Shown here: piece by piece, positions 11,981 through 24,893 of the stretch
Layout: the number at the start of each line of letters is the position of its first letter
Numbering within the stretch: the stretch's first letter is position 1
Assembly (NCBI GenBank): GCA_951406725.2
Contig: OX597818.1
Span: 60,946,001-61,010,000, forward strand
Reading direction: 5' to 3'
Source: Octopus vulgaris
Lineage: Eukaryota
Length of the DNA stretch: 64,000 bases
Made by a program: the position numbers and the translations under genes
The notes under the pieces: generated by a model
Told to the model about the DNA's origin: nothing
The model's input: the letters and a program-made list of their open reading frames with translations, nothing else
Databases searched by the model: none

Positions 11981-12394
11981 CTAGCAGCTAAGCCCGGTTT
12001 CACCCGGTCTGTTTGGATGATATATATGGCTGTGATCGTTTTCGGTTTGGCATAATCTATAACAGCGTTTGTCAACCTTATCATTTCGGGTCCCCTGTTT
12101 TCATTGGAGCCTCCAACTATATGAAAATTTCCTGATCCCACCCCGTCAGAAAACAGCTTCTAAGCAACTGGTTGTTTTAATGGCGGGAGAAAGAGGGAAA
12201 TTCCACTAGAAAAAGTTTTCATCGATTTTCTCGGTAAGTATGGGTGTTAGGAAAAAACTACAAACTGCATTCCAATCTATCCACCCGTCTCCACATGTGT
12301 GCCATTTTTCACGTGAATCCACCCAGCCGTTTGGTTGTGAACCTCAAGACAAAAAAGAATACAACGATCGCCCATGTCCAATTTATATCATAGA
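11981..12394 (-). mobile_element. Non-autonomous Helitron
   Basis: A|CTAG at 11981, ccgg...ccgg hairpin, ...TAGA|T at 12394. Confidence 0.75.
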
Positions 12395-12454
12395 TATGTT
12401 TATGTACGTATATATGTATAATGCCGTCACACTTCATAACCAGCTACTGCAGCA

Positions 12455-12620
12455 GTCTGGGTTTCAGGGGCCCACAGCTTTCTAGTATGATCCCAAAGAG
12501 CTTGAGGGACCTACACCAAGTGGCTGTAGGTGATTTCAAATCAAAACTGGTTCTCTTCCTGTCGAGAGTCCCAGATAAACCTATTTCACAGCAGGAGGCA
12601 CAAATGAGGGCAGTAACATC
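12455..12620 (+). pseudogene. CR1/L2-group LINE ORF2 C-terminal remnant
   Basis: SLGFRGPQL..IPKSLRD...FKSKLVLFLSRVPDKP resembles CR1-group RT C-termini. Confidence 0.6.
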
Positions 12621-12807
12621 AAATTCTCTTATTTCGTCTGTTCTGAGTTCAAATTCCGTCGAGGTCAACTTTGCCTTTCAACTTTGCGGGGTCGATAAAT
12701 TAAGTACCAGTGGCATACTGGGGTCGATCTAATCGACTGGCCCCTTCCCCCAAAATTTCTGGCCTTGTGCCTAGAACAGAAAAGATTATAACTGGCAGAA
12801 ATGTTAG

Positions 12808-13210
12808 CAGGAGTGGCTGTGTGGTAAGTAGCTTGCTAACCAACCACATGGTTCCGGGTTCAGTCCCACTGCGTGGCACCTTGGGCAAGTGTCTTCTACT
12901 ATAGCCTCGGGCCGACCAAAGCCTTGTGAGTGGATTTGGTAGACGGAAACTGAAAGAAGCCCGTCGTATATATGTATATATATATGTATGTGTGTGTATG
13001 TGTTTGTGTGTTTGTGTTTGTACCCCTAGTATTGCTTGACAACCGATGCTGGTGTGTTTATGTCCCCGTTACTTAGCGGTTTGGCAAAAGAGATCGATAG
13101 AATAAGTACTGGGCTTACAAAAGAATAAGTCCCAGGGTCGAGTTGCTCGATTAAAGGCGGTGCTCCAGCATGGCCGCAGTCAAATGACTGAAACAAGTAA
13201 AAGAGTAAAA
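12808..13210 (+). mobile_element. Full-length CORE-like tRNA SINE with internal microsatellite
   Basis: tRNA-like head, caccttgggcaagtg core, tail aaatgactgaaacaagtaaaagag. Confidence 0.85.
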
Positions 13211-14367
13211 AGAGTAAGCCACTTGAAATGATTAGCCGTATTTTGTCTGTCTTTACATTCGGAGTTCAAATTCTGCCGAGGTCGACTTTGCCCTTCAACC
13301 TTTTGGGGTCGATAAATTAAGTACCAGTTGCATACTGAGGTCAATCTAATCGACTGCTCCCTCCTCCACAATTTCGGGCCTTGTGCCTAGAGCAGAAAAG
13401 ATTATAACTGGCAGAAAGGAGTACAAGAATTACAGTTAGGGATGTTTATGCCATTCTTGACCCTTGGTTTGTGACCACCTTTGCGGCCTTTTAAGAGCAT
13501 GGTGGTCATATTCATTCTCACAATCATCATCATCATCATCATTTAATATTCATTTTCCATGTTGGTATAGGTTGGACAGTTTCACTGGAGCTGGTAAGGC
13601 CAGGAGCCACACCAAGCTCTAATTGTCCGTTTTGGCAGGGTCTCTATGGCTGAATGTTCTTCCAAACAACACCCACTTTACAGAATGTTCTGAGTACTTT
13701 CTTCTGTTGGTCTACTCGCTTAGTCAGTGGGGTGGCATCATTTGAAGGCTAAAACAATGTGAAGCTCATTGTGACCAGCGATGTCTAACAACATCTGATA
13801 GCCTGGTCGGTCACGGTGATCACGTTGACATATAAATGACAGGCTTCTTTCAGTTTCCATCTACCAAATCCACTCAAAAGGCTTTGGTCAAACCGAGACT
13901 ATAGTAGAAGACACTTGCCCATTGTGCCATGCAGTGGGACTGAACCCAGAACCATGTGGTTGGTAAGCAAGCTACTTACCACACAGCCACTCCTGCACCT
14001 ATGGTTACCTAAACATTTATTTTTTTTTTGTGGGTAGGTTGTTTGGAGGTCGCTCCTGTGGCTATAACCAACCACCACAGTCCACCTGATGCTGTGGATA
14101 ACAGCATAGGCAATATTTCATGTGTTTGTAGCAGTGGAAGAAACATGGACAGGGAAACAATTACAAGGGGTGGGGGAATCTGTTCAGGGAAGAAAGAAGT
14201 GAGATAGAACTTGGGTGTGTACAGAATATGAGGGATCTGATATTGTCTAAGAGGAGGCTGCAGGAGAAAGAATAGCTCAGAAGAGCAGAGGTGAAAGTAG
14301 TAGATGTTGAACATGCAAAGAGAGGACAAATTGGTGTGTGACCAGAGAAGGAAGACAACATATCTAT

Positions 14368-14596
14368 TTCTTTACTACCCACAAGGGGCTAAACACAGGG
14401 AGGACAAACAATGACAGACAAACGGATTAAGTCGATTACATCGACCCCAGTGCGTAACTGGTACTTAATTTATCGACCCCGAAAGGATGAAAGGCAAAGT
14501 CGACCTCGGCGGAATTTGGAGTCCGAACGTAACGTCAGACGCAATACCGCCAAGCATTTCGCCCGGTGTGCTTACGTTTCTGCCAGCTCGCCACAT
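14368..14596 (-). mobile_element. SINE with ~15-bp TSD
   Basis: agacaacatatctat / agacaacacgtctat flanks. Confidence 0.85.
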
Positions 14597-15101
14597 AGAC
14601 AACACGTCTATGAGCTAGGGGTCGTCAGGGTGGAGTTAGACTGTATCATTAAATAAGATGTATGGCTATTCAGAAGCTCTCTGTCTCATTTGATCTTATG
14701 CTATCGTTTTTAAAGATGGCTGAGAGTTTGTTGAGGTGAAATTTTGTTGCTGTTGTTTATTAGCAAGTCAAATGACTTATAAAAGAAATCTGCCAAAGTC
14801 ACTTGTTGGTGCATTATTTCGTTACAAAGACAAAATCTCTGCGTTACATTTACAAAGGTAACGTGATAAATAAATGAAAAAAAAAACAAAAAAACAAAGA
14901 GAGAAAAATGTATAAGAAAAGAGAAATTATAAAAAAAAAATATAAAGAAGAAAAAATATAAAACCATTCTATGGCGAACGAGATTCTGCTGGAAGGTGAA
15001 AATAATAAGTGAATAACATAACAATGAAGAACCAGAAGAATAGAGATGAAGTCTGAGACTGTATTAGAGATATAGACTTGAACACCACGAAACATAGACA
15101 C

Positions 15102-15430
<329 letters not shown>

Positions 15431-16352
15431 CAATAAAAACACACAGATGACTGTATGTGAAAACAGACTTTAATAGAAAGCTTTTTACAATGCAAAAGAT
15501 GTATAATCTATTAATTCCTAATATTTCGGGTGAAATACCCATCCATAGAGGAAAACATTTAAAGAATTGTGAAAGTAATATGGTGGCTTATTTGCTTCTA
15601 TAGTGATAGTATCTGAAGCAGCAGTATAAGTGGTTGAAGTATTACTAGTGGTAGTCGGAGGAGTAGGATTAGTGATTACTGTGGTAGTAGCAACAACAGA
15701 GTGGTGTTGGTATTCATAGCAACTGAAGCAGTATTAACAGCATAGCAACAATTCCAGTGGCATTAGCAGCAGTAGTTTAATCAGATTATATTAGCCTTAC
15801 ACCTAATTCTGTTTTATTTTGTTGTATAAGAATTGTTTCTTTTATTTGTAGTTTACCTACATTACATTTCGTGGCTAGAATGGTGTAGTAGCCATAACAT
15901 TATTGATGTTCTTTCATTTTATGATGCTTTCAAAGAGATAACATGCATGTATTATTAACTACTGCTTCACATGGATGTGCATTGGTTAGATCATACAGCT
16001 GATGTAGTATTTCACTGAAGTTGGTGCACTATTGGTATATGACAAAGGTATGTAGGTTCTTGCCTACGTCACAAATGTGTTTGTTGGTTAGCAAACATGG
16101 AGTCTGGTCACTGTCGATAACGGAAAGGGAAGGTCACTGTCGATAACGGAAAGGGAAGGTCCCAAGTTAGCTAATTTTATATCGAGTCCTTCCCGATGGA
16201 TGGCCTTGTGGTTAATACTGGTTAGTCTGTCATTGAAATGGTGGAATTTCTGGAAGTAGATCTTCAGTAATTATAGCAGACCAAAGATTCACTGCATCTT
16301 TAGACCAAAGAATATGAACTGGTTTGTCTATTACATAGGAAATTGTTTTTAA

Positions 16353-16558
16353 TCCTTTAGCATTCAGATTAAATTGTATTATAATTCTTATTTATATTGT
16401 TTTGAATTAATTAGGCATTATCTTTGAGATTTTGATGATGTGATTGTATATTTATTAAATGGCGTTGTACCATAGGTGTGAGAGACCAAATCTGGTTTGA
16501 ACATAAAAAAAGGTAGAATATATTTTGGTCAGATTTTGCCAGTTTAAATACTAATGGA
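16353..16558. mobile_element. Degenerate piggyBac-type MITE
   Basis: TTAA flanks; similar to 42783-42982. Confidence 0.55.
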
Positions 16559-16971
16559 TTAAACATTGTTTGATCACATCCTCAGCCTCTTTGTGTGCTG
16601 TTTTTTTTTAATGTTGCAATTTGAAGAGAAGTAAAAAGAAAGAATTTTTAAAATCCAAGTGTCTTCATCAACTGGAAGATATTTTGGTAATGAGTCTCCT
16701 TGAAAACTTTAATGAACTGGTTTGATTATTTTGTTATTTTTTGCTTTTGTTTTTCTAAATGAGTTTATAATTCTGAAGGAGCGAGATGTCTGTTGGTTAT
16801 ATTTTAATTCAGTGCCAAACATGTACAAAAGTAAAGATGTAAGGTTTGTTAGTTCATTTTATGGAAGGAATATGCCTAATATATTCTGTAGCCATTCTCT
16901 GTTCTCGTATTTAGATGCATTCATACTTTAGACCACTGATTTTAGGGGGACCATGAAGGGACGCTGAAGTA

Positions 16972-17492
16972 CCGTAAATCTTCGAGTATAGTCTGCCCTT
17001 GAGTATAATACGTAAAGGATTTTTAGGAGGATGTACCTCTGAAAAGCTTAAACCTTGTGTATAATACGCACCCCTTCTCTAACTTGAGTCATGCGTAATT
17101 AAGCCAGCAGCACCTAGTCAAACAAACACTTCCGTGCATGCGTAATACAATAATGGTGATGTTCTTAACTGTTATATGGGAATGTAAATATGTTTGCAAA
17201 TTGTTTTTGTTACATGTTATTCTGTGTTCTGAATACTTTTATTTTAATAAATGTTGTTTACTGCAAGTTATGGATGATTCTTTTATGACTTCATTGCTTT
17301 CAGGCTTAGCTTAAGGTATTTTTGCACCCAACAACACAACATGTGTCTGAATAAACATTGCCAGACAGCAAATAAAAACTCGGACATTGCTTAGAAGATA
17401 TTTTTTTTCTTAACCTCGTATATAATACGCACTAGGGGTTTTGACCTTTGAATTTTGGGGGAAAAATGCGGATTATATTCGAGGATTTACGG
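16972..17492. mobile_element. Tc1/mariner-superfamily (pogo/Tc2-like) MITE
   Basis: TA|CCGTAAATCTTCGAGTATAGTCTGC ... GCGGATTATATTCGAGGATTTACGG|TA imperfect TIRs with TA TSD. Confidence 0.85.
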
Positions 17493-18082
17493 TATTATGA
17501 AAACAGGGTGACTTGAGACAGTTAAGTTTTAAAATTTCAAGATTTTCAATTTTTCGCCTGCTATCATCCTCTTTTGTCGTTGGCCTCAAAATCCCACATC
17601 ACTTCTACACACTCATTTTCTAATCACATTTGTTGTACAAGTATGATTGGCCGATAGAAAATATGCAGATATAATGGTTGAACGTGCGTGTGCTGTTGGT
17701 ATTTTTTCGTTTCTCATTTGTTTTGTAACCAATTGACCATATGAGTTTATTGTATCCCAGTGAGGTATTGTCTGAATTTCGGGGTTGTGAGTCTATGGGC
17801 AGTATGGTTCATAGTCCGGAAATTATGGAACACACGAATCTATGTTATTTTTTCATGTTGACTATCCTGCATTTTATAGGAGCCCTCGAATCATTGAAAA
17901 AACTGTAAGGGGACCAGCATGTAAAATTTTTTGAATAGTTTGCAAATCATTGCTTTGGATCATTGTCTTTTCTCATGGGATTAAGTTTTCCTTTGTCGGT
18001 TTCATTAACAGGATTGTTATCCATAACGTTAATTTACATTATTTCCATTTGACGGATATTTGTCCTCATCTTGTTTATTCTT

Positions 18083-18125
18083 AACACGTTTCGGCTGATA
18101 TACCCTCCAGCCTTCATCAGGTGTC
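18083..18125 (-). ncRNA. Hammerhead ribozyme-like motif (Penelope-type minimal)
   Basis: GACAC CUGAUGA A GGCUG-loop-CAGCC GAAAC GUGUU; cleavage triplet appears deleted. Confidence 0.6.
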
Positions 18126-18444
18126 TTGGTGAAATTTCAAACCTGGGTTCTCATTCCTAAGGTATTTTTTCAATGTTATGATTATGATTATTATTATTAT
18201 TCAGGTCACTGTTTGGAATCGAACTCAGAATCTTGGGGTTAGTAGTCCACGCTCTTAACCACTACGCCATATGACCGTAGTGTAGTGGTTAAGAGCGCGG
18301 GCCACTAACCTCAAGATTCTGAGTTCGATTCCAAGCAGTAACCTGAATAACAATAACAATAATGATGATAATAATAATTATAATAATAATAATAACATTG
18401 AAAAATACCTTAAGAATGAGAACCCAGATTCGAAATTTCCTAAA

Positions 18445-18490
18445 GACACCTGCTGAAGGCTGGAGGGTATCTCAGCCGAAACGTTCTGTT
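18445..18490 (+). ncRNA. Hammerhead ribozyme-like motif (core substitution)
   Basis: GACAC CUGCUGA A GGCUG-loop-CAGCC GAAAC GUU CUGUU. Confidence 0.55.
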
Positions 18491-18752
18491 AACAACAAAC
18501 AAGATGAGGACAAATATCTGTCAAATGTAAATAACGTAAATGATGTACACAATTCCTCATCTCTTAAATATAGAACCGTATAACGTTAATTATTTTCAAG
18601 TGCATTATTATCGGTGCATGCATGGCTGTGTCATTGTGAAGTTTATTTCCCAATTCCATGATTTTTAGATTCAATCCCATTGCGTACCATTTTGGACAAG
18701 CGTCATCTGCTGCTGACCAAAGCTGACCAAAGCTTGATCAGTGGATTTGCTT

Positions 18753-18787
<35 letters not shown>

Positions 18788-19004
18788 TCCTTATCTTGAT
18801 ATTCTGTGATGGTTGTAGGCAAGCATCACCGATCCTGCAATCAGTGCCATTCTTTTCTCATATTCTGTAAAATACGTCTGGCTACAGGGAAATATTACCT
18901 TTTCTTCAGAGCAGGTGAGAGTTGGTGGTAACAGGTAGGGCATCCAGCCATAGAAAGTCTGCTTCCATAAACTTTGTCTGATGCAGGCAAGCATGGAAAA
19001 GTGA

Positions 19005-19600
19005 GGTGGCGAGCTGGCTGAAACATTAGCATGCTGGACGAAATGCCCGGCGGTATTTCGTCTGCCGCTATGTTCTGAGTTCAAATTCCGCCGAGGTCGA
19101 CTTTGCCTTTCATCATTTCAGGGTCAATTAAATAAGTACCAGATATGCACCGGGGTCGATATAATCGACTTAATCCGTTTGTCTGTCCTTGTTTGTCCTC
19201 TCTGTGTTTAGCCCCTTGTAGGTAGTAAAGAAATAAATATTTCGTCTGCTGTTACGTTCTGAGTTCAAATTCTGCTGAGGTCGACTTTGCCTTTTATCCT
19301 TTCAGGGTCGATTAAATAAGTACCAGTTACGCACTGGGGTCGATATAATCGACTTAATCCGTCTGTCTGTCCTTGTTTGTCCTCTCTGTGTTTAGCCCCT
19401 TGTGGGTAATAAAGAAATTGGTATTTCGTCTGCCGTTACGTTCTGAGTTCAAATTCCGCCGAGGTCGACTTTGCCTTTCATCCTTTCGGGGTCGATTAAA
19501 TAAGTACCAGTTACACACTGGGTCGATGTAATCGACTTAATCTCTCTGTCTGTCCTTGATTGTCCCCTATGTTTTAGCATCTTGTGGGCAATAAAGAAAT
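19005..19600 (+). mobile_element. Trimeric SINE with 16-bp TSD inside an RTE-type tail
   Basis: aagcatggaaaagtga at 18989-19004 and 19601-19616. Confidence 0.9.
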
Positions 19601-20073
19601 AAGCATGGAAAAGTGAACATTCAAATGATGATGATGATGATAATTCTTTGTTTTCTGTTCCACACTTCACAAGTGACTTGAGAACGTGTCTCCTCTTGGA
19701 AATTTTCTTGTTTCGCTTTCTTTCACAAATGGAACTGTTTCCCTTCTGCACTTTTTCTTCAAGAAATATTTTCTTTATGTATTTCACCAGATATGGTATT
19801 TTTTCATTAAAAAAATAAGTCGCATATGTGAGTTTATAGAGGGAAAAAAATCTCATAAAAATATGAGGACAAAATATAAGTTTGTATATATATGTTTCGA
19901 ATATGCAAATGTGTTGGAAATATGGAAGATCAATATATGCAATATTTTAAGGCAAGTCTCACCCCAGAATTAGATTATATTAATGTTGTTTATGGGAAAT
20001 TTTAAAGGTTAGTTCAGAAATGCAACAACGAAAATTGGTTGCATGTAATTTTCTTTCTTCTATTTACTTACAG

Positions 20074-20148
20074 AGAAAATAGATCCGCTGAATCTTACTG
20101 GTAGAATTTAACAACAGTAATTCCATGGCATGTAGTTCAAGAATCCAG
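20074..20148 (+). other. Candidate 75-nt exon (5'UTR-like; ATG at 20125)
   Basis: ttttctttcttctatttacttacag| acceptor; CAG|gttaat donor; stops in all frames, with the ATG frame open only for MACSSRIQ. Confidence 0.4.
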
Positions 20149-20459
20149 GTTAATTATACAATTTAAACGTGGGAAATTCTAGATATTAATTTGCCAAAGT
20201 GTGTGCGAATGTGTGTTTGTGAGAATGTGCATGAAGAATTTTTGGTAATTTCGGTTGTAGGAATGGTGTGGATGATGTACGCCAAGAGTTTTGGATTTTT
20301 TGTGTTGAAGCAAATAATTTATGTTGAAAAGTTAAATGCATGCATAGGTTCGGTCCCACAGTGTGGCACCTTGTGCAAGTGTCTTCTACGATTGCATAGG
20401 GCCGACAAAATCCTTGTGAATGGATTTAGTAGATGGAAACTGAAAGAAGCCGATAGTAT

Positions 20460-21392
20460 ACATTCCACAATTCTCAATCGATTTTCACCAAACTTCACAC
20501 ATAATACTTATTTTCCGAAGATAGTCATTGCACTATAACATTTTGCCTAGAGCTCCTGTGTAAATAGACGAAAATGGACATAGGTTTTTGTATATACGGT
20601 CTTCCGTACTTTTTTAATCGTTTTATGTAATTGAAAGGATTTTGTCTATTTCGACTTCCACCTGCGACACTAATTAAATTGCGTAGGAACCACTGTACGA
20701 GATGATTACCCAATACCAAACAATCGTAATCTCCATATTTAAACTGCATTAAACTTTGGCCAGCTTACCTTTACCTGTTCTGAGTTAATTGAAAGGTAAT
20801 ATTCTCTTCCCTCTCTTCTATTTTTTGATACCTTTGTTTACCTACCAATGTATTGTTTCACTTTAAGGATTCTTATTTAGCCATCCATTATGATATTTCG
20901 ACTGTTGTCCATTGTTTCAATTACGTTTTACCATTATTGTTCTAGCCTTTCTTAAACAATCACATATGATTCGTCCCAAAGAATCAGCTTTTAAATAATA
21001 GTTTTGCTTCCACTGGCGAAAGCTATACCTATCTTTCAGAAAGCTCCATACCAATTTACCGTTATACGTTATTTGCTGTTAGTTTATTCGCAAGCTATGT
21101 GGGAAGACAGAATAAAGGGGCGTTTGTTAGTTTATCTCTCCAAAAAAAATGGGTCCCTTTGCTGTTGAATAAAATAAACACGAGAGGGGGAAGTTTCAAT
21201 TTCTTCAATCAATTTCCTTACACCATTTATGTGGCTGCTTCTGACAAGAAGTTTCGTTTTCATGTAAAACAATTATATTTTGTAGCCATTACCCGTGATC
21301 TACTCCCAAAACACTTCAGTAGCTCTACTTTGCGTCGCTTCAAAACTTACCACCAAAGCAACAAATTGTCCAAAGGATAGGTGCGTTAGCTA

Positions 21393-21393
<1 letters not shown>
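20460..21393 (+). mobile_element. Probable Helitron-like element (5' end uncertain)
   Basis: Ends ggtgcgttagCTAG|T; opposed similar end at 21458. Confidence 0.4.
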
Positions 21394-21459
<66 letters not shown>

Positions 21460-21662
21460 AGCAAACGCACCTGTTTTTCCGATGGCCGGATAACTGAAGA
21501 GATGGTGGTGTGGATTTCCCCCTCGGCATCCGAAACTCAAGTTTTATCTTGGCTACCGAATAATTGTCACATATTATATTTACAGATAAATTCCTTTATT
21601 TACGTAATATTGAGGTCTCTTTCTTCCTTTTGTTATCTTACCGTTTTTACCAATAAAAACCC

Positions 21663-21705
<43 letters not shown>

Positions 21706-21735
21706 AATACATACATACATATAGATATATATTTA

Positions 21736-21776
<41 letters not shown>

Positions 21777-21874
21777 CAATATATACATATATATATATAT
21801 TTATCAATATATACATATATATATATATATTTATCAATATATACATACATATATATATATATATATATTTACCA

Positions 21875-21948
<74 letters not shown>

Positions 21949-21965
21949 TTATCAATATATATATA

Positions 21966-23264
21966 TGTAGCAATATCGTTTCCCTCATTGCTATCTTCAC
22001 TGTTTGAGAAGAGTATTAAGAATGATCTCGTTTGGGATTACAAACATCTTTGGCTAGTTCAACGTTGTTGTAACCACTAACTTGATTGGTTGACATGTGA
22101 CACGAGTGGTCTCTACTACGTTCGCACCGCTGGTTGTCACGTGACGCGATTTGCCTCCGCTTATTTTCGCGCCATTTGTTCCAAGCAACCAATCACAGCT
22201 TCTCATTTCTGAAGTTCGTTTGAGTCACATAAACCTTGTATAAAGAAGTATTCTCAGACATTTTTCGTCTTAGGTTTTTAGTTCTTTTCAGAGCTAAACC
22301 TCTGACCACAGAGCTCGTCTTAGGTTACAGTCCTTTTCAGGGCGGACCTCTGACCACGAAGAGCATACCAACCATGTTCCGGTTCGAAAGGCAGGCGATC
22401 ACCAAGCATAGCTATCCACGAAGATTTAGCTTGTATACAAGATGTTACAGATTCCTCTCATACTGTTAGTGTGAAAATATCACCACGAGAAAGAACGGTT
22501 ACAGGATATCTATAACTAGAGAAAAATAACCAAGCAGAATATATATTGAAGACGCAGCAAAAATCAAGCGACAGACACAACTCATCGCCAAACATCGTCT
22601 CTATCTACTAAGGTTTAATTTGTACACAAGACAACTACAGATTCAACTATAGCGGTTAGGTGAAAATCTCACCACGGGAAAAACGGCTACAGTTAATTCT
22701 GGAAGTATATCCATATCAAGAGAAATATAAAACACAACAAGTGATTCAATTAATCTCAACTACGAGACGCAACATCTTGATATGGAACTCTTACACTCCG
22801 TGTACTTCATAAACGGTAAATCAATTATCTGTCTTGAGTTCTAGTTCTTCTAAGAACTACCTTAAGCCATCTGCTACTACCTGCTGCTCAACTTAGAGAT
22901 GTGCGATTGTCTCTGCTACTACCTGTTGCTACGCTAATCTATACCAACACTGAAAGCCTCTCGAGTAGATTCCAGCACCTTGCCCTATGAACAGTAAACT
23001 AAATGCCATTGTTAATTCTATGTTCAGTACCTTTGGGTATGCTTCACGCCACCCGAACACACAGACACAAAACATGCTAACGCTTACGAACTCTTAAAAT
23101 TTACATGATTGTAAAATATGTAAAATAAATAATATTTATCTACCAACAGAAGACTTGTGTCAATTCACTTATGTCCTATCGTCGTTGTATGTATTTTATG
23201 GCTTTGAATAATTCGTTAAGAGTAGAACCGCGTGCGATCGTATTTCCTACACGATACGACCACA
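21966..23264 (+). mobile_element. Probable solo LTR
   Basis: TGTAGCAATATCGT...ACGATACGACCACA imperfect terminal IR, CCAAT ~22189, TATAAA ~22239, AATAAA ~23124, internal short direct repeats; no clear TSD. Confidence 0.5.
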
Positions 23265-23355
23265 TGTGATCCTATTTCTTATACATATATATATATATAT
23301 ATTTATCAATATATACATACATATATATATATATATTTACCAATATATACATACA

Positions 23356-23390
<35 letters not shown>

Positions 23391-23434
23391 TTACCAATAT
23401 ATATATACATATATATATATATTTACCAATATAT

Positions 23435-23525
<91 letters not shown>

Positions 23526-24329
23526 GCGCTTCTTAGAAACGCACTTCTTCAATTAAATGACATACAACGAAAAAAAAGTTATAAAATGGAAAATATATAC
23601 AAAACAGGCGGAGGTGAACATCATGGATTTTGGGATTTTTTTTTTTTTTTTACAGGAACACACTATATCGATGGCATACATTTGCAGATTCCGAATCTGA
23701 AAAAAAAAAACCCCATTTCAAAACACTTTAATTTCACCTCTTGCCATAGTGCGGTGGGGAGGTTTTTTTTTATTTTTTGGGAAAAATTGAAATTTTACAA
23801 ATGTTTTTATTTCGGAATCATCGTCTCCGTACTTTTCTGTCGTATATCACAATATCATAAAAATGGTTGACGGTAAAGCACGTGCACACCATCTGACATT
23901 AACCCTAACCAACCCTAACTGTAACGCTAACTAACTCTAAAACTCACCCGACGAGTGTACACAGTAAAAAAAAAAAAACTAATCAAAAAACAATCAAGAA
24001 TTTGCAAACGATATTGTCGGGCCCCTCGTATCATTAATAATGCCTGATTGGTAAAAGTAGATAACCACTCCTTGTATCGTCCAACAAGTTTGTTTAAATT
24101 TCAATAGGTGCCTCTTTCTGCTTTATTTTTTAGTATAAAATATCTAAGAATGGATGAATCTTCCTAATTGCTGGGATCTTTGGCACTGTGTAGTGTCGAC
24201 CCGTTCTGGCATTGGTGTAGCTTTCAATGCCTAGATTTGGTCATGATCAGAAAGACCACGGTATTGTTCTGATTTTAACCTGTGTATAGAATGTTTAGCC
24301 GTCGAAAGGGTGTCTCAACATCAGGGTTG

Positions 24330-24893
24330 TGGAGTTGGAAACGGTTGAGGGGTAGTCGGAAACGGTTGAGGGATAGCCGGAGTCGGAAACGGTTGAAGGG
24401 TAGCCGGAGTCGGAAACGGTTGAGGGGTAGCCGGAGTCGGAAACGGTTGAAGGGTAGTCGGAAACGGTTGAGAGGTAGCCGGAAACGGTTGAAGGGTAGT
24501 CGGAAACGGTTGAGGGGTAGTCGGAAACGGTTGAGGGGTAGCCAGAGTCGGAAACGGTTGAAGGGTAGCCGGAGTCGGAAACGGTTGAGGGATAGCCGGA
24601 AACGGTTGAGGGATAGCCGGAAACGGTTGAGGGGTAGCCGGAGTCGGAAACGGTTGAAGGGTAGCCGGATTCGGAAACGGTTGAGGGGTAGCCGGAGTCG
24701 GAAACGGTTGAGGGGTAGCTGGAGTCGGAAATGGTTGAAGGGTAGCCGGAGTCGGAAACGGTTGAAGGGTAACCGGAGCCGGAAACGGTTGAGGGGTAGC
24801 CGGAGCCGGAAACAGTTGAGGGGTAGCCGGAGCCGGAAACGGTTGAGGGGTAGCCGGAGTTGGAAACGGTTGAAGGGTAGCCGGAGTCGGAAA
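24330..24893 (+). repeat. GC-rich minisatellite, 21/27-bp units (cggaaacggttgaggggtagc[cggagt])
   Basis: Direct reading. Confidence 0.95.

Larger units (their letters stand above)
18035..18579. mobile_element. Fold-back retroelement: head-to-head tRNA-like heads, each arm with a hammerhead-like motif
   Basis: Arms are reverse complements around CATATG (18268-18273); TSD ataacgttaatt at 18023-18034 and 18580-18591. Confidence 0.8.

Noticed and set aside
16106-16161. 26-bp tandem duplication ggtcactgtcgataacggaaagggaa
   Set aside because: Two copies only; simple slippage
18270-18345. tRNA gene (also heads at 9310, 29278, 6607)
   Set aside because: No proper acceptor stem or terminator; each continues into a repeat body, so these are SINE-type heads
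23899-23935. Telomere-like (taaccc) repeats
   Set aside because: Only 2-3 degenerate units; likely internal to a transposon
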